A DNA stretch of 64,000 bases from Vermamoeba vermiformis (taxonomy: Eukaryota). The notes under the pieces were generated by a model. It saw only the letters and a list, made by a program, of their open reading frames with translations. It was not told the DNA's origin and ran no database searches. Shown one piece after another: positions 54,430-64,000 of this stretch (position 1 is its first letter; every line of letters starts with the position of its first letter). The translations under genes were made by a program, and so were the position numbers. The stretch covers positions 62,001 through 126,000 of the forward strand of contig JBEWZL010000202.1 in NCBI GenBank assembly GCA_045837725.1, in the 5' to 3' direction.

Positions 54430-56009
54430 GGCTGTATTATTTAAATGTTCGAATAATAGGAAATTTGATAATACTGACCTCGTTGCATATGGGACAATAA
54501 TAATAGTCCTGCTTTTTGGGTGCTACAGACTTGCAATCAGGACACGGACTCAGATCCGCGTTGCTTATTGAGAGGGCGGCAATATTATTTACCGCGTTCT
54601 TATAATTGGATTCGATGATGTTTCTATCGTCAGACGACGCCAGAGTGCCTATTGTCGAATTAAATTTAATTTGAAATTAAAAAATAAAATTCATCAGATG
54701 AATTTATATCCTCAATTTTAATCTCAAAATGATGATAAGGCTACGAGCCTTTATAAATAATTACGTAATTTACTTAAAGCGATTTTTGGCCGTAAACATC
54801 TGCACCAACTGAAGTTCTCTTACCGTTGCTCATCTTCGACATAAGAAATCGACCTTATAGGATATCATTACTGCTTCGATGCACGCTGAGGGTTTCGATT
54901 TAAATTTAATCTTAGGTAACGAAACAACAAAACGTTTACATTTGGTCAAACTTTCGTCAAACACGCATTTTGAACTATTTTGTGACTTTGTGCAGTTGGT
55001 TATTAAACTGATTTTGAACTATCTTGTGACTTTTTTCCAACTCGAGCAAAATCAATTTTTACTAACACACAGATGTGTTTGATTCCCCTTACTCTTGTTC
55101 GTCACAGTTCAGCCATTTCTTCATTGACTGTTTGTCCGAGGACTTGGACAACGATCAAACCAAGCCAACAACAAAACGATTTGACGTATGAGGTGCACAT
55201 TTGTGTACGTTTGTTCATTGTCAAGAACTACGAAAGAAGACAAGGCATACCTACGATTTTTCTTTGTTACTCAATCTTGCCAGGTACGCTGAATAGTATT
55301 TTTTACCATGAATAGAAAAGAACGTACACCATAGGGCTGTAAGTAGGATCAATACTTCAGCCTGAGGGACGAGGTGGTGTTTGACGGATCAAAACAGATC
55401 GCGTTCCGTTTACGTTTAGAAGCGCATATTCGAGAACCTGCTACACAAACAATTAGAGTCTCAGTCGTAAAAAGCGCTGGTGGTAAGCTTTAATAATTAT
55501 TATTCTTTATTCTACTATTCTAGTTAAAATCGGCGCTTAATATAATATTTATCCATTATAAATATTAATATTGATATCGATGCCATGTTATTGAGGCTAC
55601 AAACGAAGGAAGGACGCCGATCAGCATTGCATAATTATTAATTAAATTTGGAATAATTCAAATCTCGGCGCATTATCGCCATCAAATTACCGCTGATAAT
55701 TTTATTCACGTTAAAAATAACGATAATTACCGTTTTTATTGCCACATCTCGTGTGATCTCGATTTTCGGGTCCATCTGACTTTAAATCATAATCTACATT
55801 TGACGAACGTGACCTGCTTTACGCCATATGCGAATTAATACTGCCTTGTTGTCCTGACGTCGAATTGTTCAGCTAAATAAAAACGCGGCATTATTTGCAC
55901 ACTCGTTGCAACGGACGAGCACCATAGTTAAGATAGCTATTCATCTCATCACTACGCACAATAATTTAACCTACTCGCTTTTTTTTTATTGGTAGCATTG
56001 TCTACTATA

Positions 56010-58210
56010 ATGGACGGTAAATAGCGAAGATTTTGTTTTGGTTGCGCAACAAATTAATTTGAAAAATAATTGTAGGGCCAGCAGACTTCCGTAAACAATG
56101 GCTAACGAGTAAGTATAATTCGGATATTAATTAATATTTAATTAACTCGAATTTAGTAACCGATATTGAGGCTTTTCCAATGCAACAATTCGTTCAATGG
56201 GTCTGCTGGCAATTAGGACGCCCAGAAGCCACTTACGCACGTCACAATGACTACTTTATTAAGACGTATTAACGCTGATTAAAGAGAAGCGTTGACCTAA
56301 GCCAATATAATAACGCAAAAGAATTGTTCGCAGCAAATCCACCACGCCTGGATCTCGTACTCGACTCATTTCGCACGTGTTTGCATTCGTACCAGCCAGT
56401 CAGCGACGTTTTTGAAGAGCTATTGAAACTCGATCTATTGCAGTGGCCTTATGTGCCACGTTTTTCACTCGAGTTTAAGGACTGGGAACGCAAAAGTAAG
56501 CCAATTCATTTCACCAATAGCTATTTTTTGCACTTTTTTTTAATGTCATTGGCTTATTAATATTCAGATATCAAACCAAGCATGCCACTTCATCCTTCAC
56601 AAACGGTTCTCAGTTGGTTTATTGGCGCTATTTCAGTCTGTGACATTGAAGAGCCCAAACTATACTCCATACACAACAGTGATCTGATCACTCGCCCTTT
56701 GCCTGGCACATCTCCAACAGAGATCAATTTGACACTGCTGAAAGGTGATTTAGGCAATGACAATGCTGAGTCACAGATTGTCAAAGACGTTCTGCAAGGC
56801 TGTAACTCACATTGGCCAGCTTTGCACTATCTGATTGGTACTTCTGGCACTGGCAAAACAAAGGCTTTGTTTGATATTGGCAGGAAACATGTGTCAGTCT
56901 ATTTTGACTTCAAAAAAGGTCAGTTTGAGTAACACTACTGTTGGTAAAATTAACTAATTTCTTATGTAGGTGAACTTGAAGGCTTATTTCTTAGAAATAT
57001 TAAAGAGCTTGAGAGTGCAAAAGGCCCTTTTGATGTTTGTTCAGCTGAGTATGAGATCAGTTTGCTACTTGCCACCAAATTAGTGCTGCTAATGATCATG
57101 AAGATGAAGAATCCAGCACTTACAAATGAACAATTGCTTTTGTCTCAAGTTCAGTACAATCAGAAACAACTGAACATGTGCAGAACAATTCAAGCAATAC
57201 TAAAGAACGTTTTCAAAACTGTCAATGACCTTCAAACAGTTATTGACACAACCAGTGTGTTCCTTGATTTCAATAGGACAACTCTATTTTTGCTGTGTGA
57301 TGAAGCTCAAGAACTGCTGCACATTGCCGAGGGAAAATTTGAGTTGCAAAGTTTGTACCAGAGGCTTGTATCAGAATTTGTTAGCTATGGAAACTGCATT
57401 GTTGCTGGAACTTCACTGGACATAATCTACTTTGACCAGTTGGATGGGTCCAACATTGCAAAGCCAAACAGTGAAACAAAGTGTAGAGAAAAACATGCTA
57501 ACTTTAGACACATAACCAAGAAAGAGGATTGTTGTGCACTTGTTGAGCACCTGTTTGATGTCAAGTTATCTGACACTCATATCCAGCACATCTTGAACAA
57601 GTTACAAGGTACACATTAGGCTCTTGTATTCCAATCCATGCTCATTGTGTTCAACAGGTCGAGTTGGATTCATGGTTAGCTTGGCCACTGTTGCACAGCT
57701 TGAGCAGTACAAAAAGTCAACTAATCCTGGCAAATCCAATGAAGAAATTCTAATGAAAGTGGTTGATGACCTGTACTGTCATTTAACTCAATGCAATAGT
57801 CTGACCTTAGACCAAGCCATTAGTACACAATGCACTCCTGCTACAAAAATCAATGCCACCTTTGATGAACTGAAGCATGCCTATGCTAACTTAGTTAAGA
57901 GCTACTATGTTGAAACAATGGAAGAAATTATAGAAGGCAGTACAATGTTTGCAGATGGCTTGGTTGGAGTTACTTTCAATACCAATGCACTTGATCATAA
58001 GTACAGCAGGACATATCACTATGTAATATCAGAGGTAAGACTTGTGAATACATGACTTATTGTGTATCTTACTAATATCTGATGTAGCCATTGATTGTGG
58101 ATGCAGTTTGCAATGTGTTCAAGCGAAAGGGTATCAGGCTCAGAGAAGAGGATAGTACAGACCCTGATGAGCCTGCCACAAAGAAAAGAAGAACACAAAT
58201 CAAAGTCTAG
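56010..58210 (+). CDS. Crinkler (CR)-type P-loop NTPase protein, multi-exon
   Basis: Walker A LIGTSGTGKTKALFD, Walker B LFLLCDEAQEL, CIVAGTSL, LQGRVGF, ISEPLIV; exons join in frame from MDGPADF. Confidence 0.7.
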
Positions 58211-58287
58211 AAAAAAGTAAAAAGGACAGGAGTTGACTTTTGATAAGAGTCTAAGTTTACTAAAATTTTCCAATTTGAACGTACACC

Positions 58288-60950
58288 CTATTTCTTCTTC
58301 TCCCAGTCACCCCAATCGTCCCAGTTCTCTTCCCAGCCTTGTTGTTTGACAGCTGCTTTGCCAGTCTGAGTGCCGTTTTGAACTGACGCTGAGGTCTCTT
58401 TGCGTTGCTCTTTCGGTGTTGTTTCGGTTGAAGAAAAGTCCCAAAGATCTTCTTGAGGCTTAGCATTCGAGGCTTTAGTGCCATTGCTGCTCTTGCTATT
58501 ATCAGCCATTGTAACTTTCTTATCGAACTCGTCCCAGAACGCATCTTCTTCCTTGTTAACGGATTCGGTTTTAGGTGGTTGCCTTTCTTCGACGTCAAAG
58601 CCCATAAAATTAGAGTCATCGACTACGCGAGTGACCGTAGTATTTTTCTTAGTATTTTGTTGTCTGTGGCCGCTATCGTTAGCGAAAAAGTTTTCTAAAT
58701 CTTCTTGATCTCTTTCGGGATCAGATCTAGCGTGACCATTGTTAGACATCTGTTGTTGTGCACCTTGGCTGCTCCAATTATCCCAAATATCGTCTTGTCT
58801 GCTATTGCTTTGATAAGTTCGTTGGTTCTGTCGTGGATCTTCATTGTGATGTAAGTGCGAATCCTGATCCAACAGCGAACTGTCTTCTTCGCGGTAGTGA
58901 TATTGTCTGTCTGTATCATGGCCATGACGGCTATGAGGACTTTGATGTGGTGACCCTGGGACAGGCGCGTCCTTGTTGAAAGTAGAGTTGATGAGACTCA
59001 TGCCCTTGTGCTTCAATTCCTGCGACACGGTAAATTAATACAGACTTTCCAAATATGGTAATACAGTGTGGGTCTCGGTCTTAAACTAAAACTGATAAAA
59101 TTGTTTTCAGGAGGTTTATGATATGACCACTGACAGTCATAAATTAAGCCTCCTAATTTCATCATTAAACAATTTTATCTTCAATGTGGCACCGTAGATT
59201 TCATTATATTTAACTATAATAAGCATACATTAACTGAACATACCTCGAATTTATCGTCGATTTGAAGCTCGTGAACTTTTTGTTTGGCAGTTTGCGCGAG
59301 TTTTTCCACGCCCGAAGACAACTTGCTCCAGCCAGTGAACAACGCATTCATGCTGTTTTCGAGGAAATCTGATTGGCCACTAACAGAAATAACATCGGTC
59401 AAACAAAGAACGAACAACTAACGAAGTGACGGGCAGTACAATTTGACACGTGTCACTTCAAAACACGGTCTTTGACACGTGCCAGAAAAGCGTTAGATCG
59501 GTATCGACTTACGTATTTCTCTTAGGCTGCGGAGAGTTGCCAAAATAGGCATCACTGGACACGCTCACTTTGTACTTGTCATTGGTCGTGGGCTGCAAAC
59601 CTCGTCGCTCGCCAGGAGGCGCGTTGCCGGCACTAGAATTGCCACCAGTGTTGTACCCTCCGCTGCTATTGTAGCCTGAACTGTTGTAGCCGCCACTCTG
59701 ACTCGAGCCATTGTAACCGCCGTTGTTGTAGCTGCTGTTGTTGTAACCGCCGCCATTGTTGTAGCCGCCATTACCATAGCCACCACTGCTAGACATGGTG
59801 CGGCCACTAAGACCATCATGAATATTAATATCAATAGTATAATACTATGCTGCATATAATAAAAATGGTTCGCGAAGTTGCTGGTCGGCAAAAAATTTGA
59901 CACGTGCACGTGCCATTGCGCTTCGTTATAATGATAAAAATTATTTCTAAATATGGTAACGTACCCATAGTCACTAGAACCAGTATTAGCAGTGCGTCGT
60001 GTAGGTGGGGTCACATCCGACGTGAGTTTGTAATCGTTGGACGAAGATGTCCTCAACGACGAGCTTTGATTGCCGCTCATTAATTTTTTAACTTGTTCCG
60101 GTGAAGGCTCGGACCATTCTTTGCCCTAAAAGGAAATTTAGGTTTGTAATCAAAGCATTGAAATTCGACTAGGCAGATCAGCTTTCCTTTTCGTCTCATA
60201 TATTCGAAAAATCGTATTAATAATTACCTGACTAATAGTCTTTAATTTTTCGCGATAAATAATGGCCGCTGGTAAATTGTATTTTGAGGTTAGATCCATT
60301 GAGCTGCTGACGCCTTGAGAAGTCATAAATGCTTTGTAATTCTTGTTTCCTCCGTACTAAATAATATACTTTAATATACAGTATTTATTAAATCGTCGGT
60401 TTGATTTTAATGAATTTTTTCGAGTTTTCCGATCTAGATCTGTCGTTGATATTTTTGAATAAATCATGAATTAACTTACTTCCATCAAAGCTAATTGAGT
60501 GTCGGTCCAACTATCCATATTAAGACTTCTTACGGTACTAAAAGAAGTTTTTCAATTAAATCTGAAAAAATACGAAAAACGAAATGGATCAACTGCCAAT
60601 AATTACCTCAAATGAGTTCCCAAGCTTCTGTGTTTTCCAGAGCAATTTAAGCAAATATAAATACCATAGGTAGCTATAATTATTCAATATTACCGTTAGA
60701 ATTGCATTACGAATTGTTATTATTTGAAAAATAATTACTTGACGCCCATTGAGGATTGCTAGCTCCACATTCAGCACAATACTATAAATTAATACCGTAT
60801 TAATATTATTGTATATTTTTTAGACAGATCTGGTGGAATAATAAGAAATTTTCGGATGTCGCTTACGTTGTTTTCAGGGTCTTTTTTCAACCGACGAAAC
60901 ACCTCATCAGGGTCTCTAGTCGATGCCTTGAATGAGCTCAAGTGCGACAT
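58288..60950 (-). CDS. ARFGAP1: ARF GTPase-activating protein (ArfGAP1/Gcs1-like)
   Basis: [47 protein letters not shown]; W/acidic motifs (WDDWGDW) in the tail. Confidence 0.88.
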
Positions 60951-61433
60951 TTAATTGTGTTGTTTAGATGCGTTAAAATGGTAAAAACACCGACGCTCAA
61001 CGACACGAAGCATTAACGCTTAGTCTTAGTATAATAATAATTTGCTATTAAATAAGGACACGAAGACTTAAGGCCACGCACGTTAGTGTTTAAACTTCGC
61101 AGATGACGTAAGATCTGCGATAATAATCGGGGTTTGGCTATTAATTGGTACAAAAACTATAAATATACACGCAATTAGTAATACGTTGAAACTATCCACT
61201 TTGAAGCCATTCCTGCGACTACGGAGAAACGGGACCAGATCAAGTCAAGTCTCAAATTAGTTAGCCCTACTGCCAATGAATTGGCAAGCTATTAAGCGTG
61301 CCACCGTTATCCGTATTAACTTGAAGTCTATTGTTGTATTAATACTGGCGACTTGCGATAATAAATTCATTTTTGATTTTCCAACGAACACAAACACGTA
61401 ACTGCAGATGCGAGGGAATTGATTGCAGATTTA

Positions 61434-63607
61434 ATGGAATATAGACGCATCAAGGAACATTATATATTAGGAAAAGAGTTGGGCAAGTAAGTAACAATTG
61501 TGGATTTTTGCCTCTGTATTCAGCAATAGAATTAATTGAGAATCTTGAACGTTAAATTTACAATTAATTTTATCTTCTCAAATAATATATAACCACAGTA
61601 ATAATAAATACAATAATGCGATCAAATTCCTATTAAAAAGATGATAATTTCAATTTAATTTGATTTCTTTTGTGGGACACATATTTTGTCGCGAGATTAC
61701 ATAAAATTACTTTAATATACACGACAAGATTATATTCGTATTTGACGAGATTATTTGATTCGCTAGATTATTTCACTGAATAATATCTATCAGCTTACCT
61801 GTCAATTCATTCAACTTTGGCCGTTTTTACGATTAATTTTATATTTAATACGATGCTATATATAACCCGCACTTATCAACATTAATTCGTTCAAATTTTT
61901 TCTGTCAGATCGCGCAGCTCAAATTTACTCATTTTTTTTATAATTATAGGGGCTCATTCTCGGTGGTCGTTCATGGCACTCGTCTTCAAGATGGTCTCAA
62001 CGTAGCAGTTAAAATCATTAAGAAAGTTCCAGGCAAAGATCTGTCCTTGTTACATAGAGAAATCCATATCATGCGCCAATTGGTGCATCCGGCGATAGTC
62101 TCGTTGATAGACGTATTCGAAGACGAGGAACATATATATATGGTCATAGAACTGGTCACTGGTGGCATGTTGTTCGATCATATCGTTGCGAAAGGATCTT
62201 ACAGCGAACAAGATGCGGCCAACATTGTGCGACAGATAGTCTTAGCAGTTAATTATATGCACGACAATGGTATTGCTCATAGAGACTTGAAGCCCGAGAA
62301 CTTATTGTGCTCCGGAGACAACCCGAATATCATCAAAGTAACAGATTTCGGATTAGCGAAAAATTTTGGCGAAGCGACGATGGTGACTAAATGCGGCACT
62401 CCAGATTATGTTTGTAAGTAATATAGCAATAGCATATGATAGAAAACCGCCTATTAAGTATCAAATATTTGAATTTAAAGAATCATCTGGATGACGGTCC
62501 CATATTATAATTTATTTGTGGATAATAATCGCTTAAAAATTAATTTTTTATCATAATATAGCACCGGAAGTCCTTACCGGCACAAAAAGTGCCTATAGCC
62601 CTGCAGTGGATGTTTGGAGCATTGGTGTAGTAACCTACATTTTGTAAGTCATAATCTCAATTCAAAATCAATTATAATATGATATATATCGTGCTATACA
62701 TTAGATTAATCGATGCCGATAATAACAACAACCACCGACAATATAAAACCGAATTGTTTTTAATTTTTCCTTTTTTGGAAATCTCGTTACACATTGTCGG
62801 AGCCCACGCGACCAAGATACTAACGTCTATTTGTTATATTAGGTTGTGCGGTAGTCCTCCTTTCTTCGCGCCTAACCGACCTCAGTTGTTTGAGCGGATC
62901 AGAAGCATTGATTATTGTTTCCATTCACCTGGTAAGTCGTCGACCCTGGAGCTGTTACATCCATCCACAACAGCATCGCATTCTTTAAATCTCGTTTTAT
63001 TAAGCACGATAAGAATTGATCGCTTGTTGTGGTGGCAAGGTTATAAACTTCGTGTACAAATTTTTTTTAATCAGATCTAGCTTTTTATAGAGGAATTTAA
63101 TACTAATATTGTCGTTTTTATTATAGAGTGGGATATTATTTCCGTAGATGGTAAGTCTTGTTTGATAATAGGCGAACCAAGCTCGCATCTGGTTAGCCGA
63201 TCTAGATCCAGCTTAGTTCGTTAAAAATTGCTAGATTTTTAAGCTATTTTCGTTATTACGGCTCATTCATTATAAATTATGATAATAATATCGCTAAAGA
63301 ACGCTAGGTAGTCTCATGTACCGGCCAACGAATTGCTTCTTAAAATCCAATTAGATTTTATAAAATAGTTATTTTAATTAGTGTTAGATGGTATATATGC
63401 CTATACCTACTAATTATATTCTTATTAATAGCTAAGGACTTCATTCGCCGAATTTTGGTAGCAGATCCAACTCTGCGGCTGACGACGAAGCAGTGCTTAG
63501 AGCATCCTTGGCTGACGAACAATAACAACGCAGAGCGCACCATCCCACGCATCGATTCGGGCAAGATGAAGATGTACTTGGAAGACAGACGCGGCAACAC
63601 AGTGTAA
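61434..63607 (+). CDS. mlkA: CAMK-group Ser/Thr kinase, myosin light chain kinase A-like
   Basis: ELGKGSFSVV, ELVTGGMLFDHIVAKGSYSEQDAA, HRDLKPENLL, DFGLAK, CGTPDYVAPE; tail IDSGKMKMYL resembles Dictyostelium MLCK-A (recalled). Confidence 0.85.
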
Positions 63608-63891
63608 TATATAACCTCAATTATATCGAAGCAACTGAAGGGTTGTTTTTGTGCAGTGTTAATTCTTATTTAAATAATCTATTATTACCCTCATAATTTC
63701 ATATTTTGAGTATTTGTCTTTTCCAAATTCCTTTACTTGATCCGAAACCTTTTAATTTTAATAGCAATATCGTTTAAATTGCGATAATTAATTTATGTCT
63801 ATTATGGCGAGTCTATTAGGAGTAACGGCGTTTTTATCAAAGCTAATGTACAAAAGATTTGTAACGGGGTAACCTCGATCCCGTAATCTGC

Positions 63892-64000
63892 TCAATTATG
63901 TCGATCTTGTCGCCTTGATTTGCTCCAGTCTTTCTCGTTTTGTTTTCTCAGTCGCTTTTTCTCCTTGTTAAGCTCTACTTCTCGTTCTTTTTCTTCAGCG
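63892..64000 (-). CDS. 3' end of a charged coiled-coil protein running off the window
   Basis: Open frame AEEKEREVELNKEKKRLRKQNEKDWSKSRRQDRHN*. Confidence 0.4.
   Translation of the reverse strand, partial: AEEKEREVELNKEKKRLRKQNEKDWSKSRRQDRHN

Noticed and set aside
59600-59800. Short repeats encoding GGYN units
   Set aside because: Low-complexity Gly/Tyr/Asn linker inside ArfGAP; not a CRISPR-like array

Overview
Gene-dense, intron-rich eukaryotic nuclear DNA with short GT-AG introns and CTAAY-type branch points. It is probably amoebozoan, since the last complete gene closely resembles Dictyostelium MLCK-A. It holds about 30 genes, mostly housekeeping: kinesin-1, TRAPPC12, NSE4, CCDC6-like, a CHD remodeller, DCAKD, DCAF4, a DnaJ-ankyrin protein, SLBP, CNOT9, MYBBP1A, GlyRS, CENP-S, citrate synthase, CCDC47, ArfGAP and a CaMK/MLCK-A kinase. 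Five things stand out. (1) A 1.34-kb miniature LTR retroelement (identical 152-bp LTRs, 5-bp TSD, PBS, PPT) with one non-gag/pol ORF, sitting antisense in an intron. (2) A ~155-nt tRNA-like putative Pol III RNA whose anticodon arm is replaced by a branched domain. (3) Five perfect copies of the 12-bp palindrome TGACACGTGTCA, all intronic. (4) A sharply CpG-depleted Crinkler-type ATPase gene. (5) Alternative first exons giving mitochondrial versus cytosolic GlyRS. Gene spans include introns and were assembled by eye; family calls rest on recalled motifs, not database searches.
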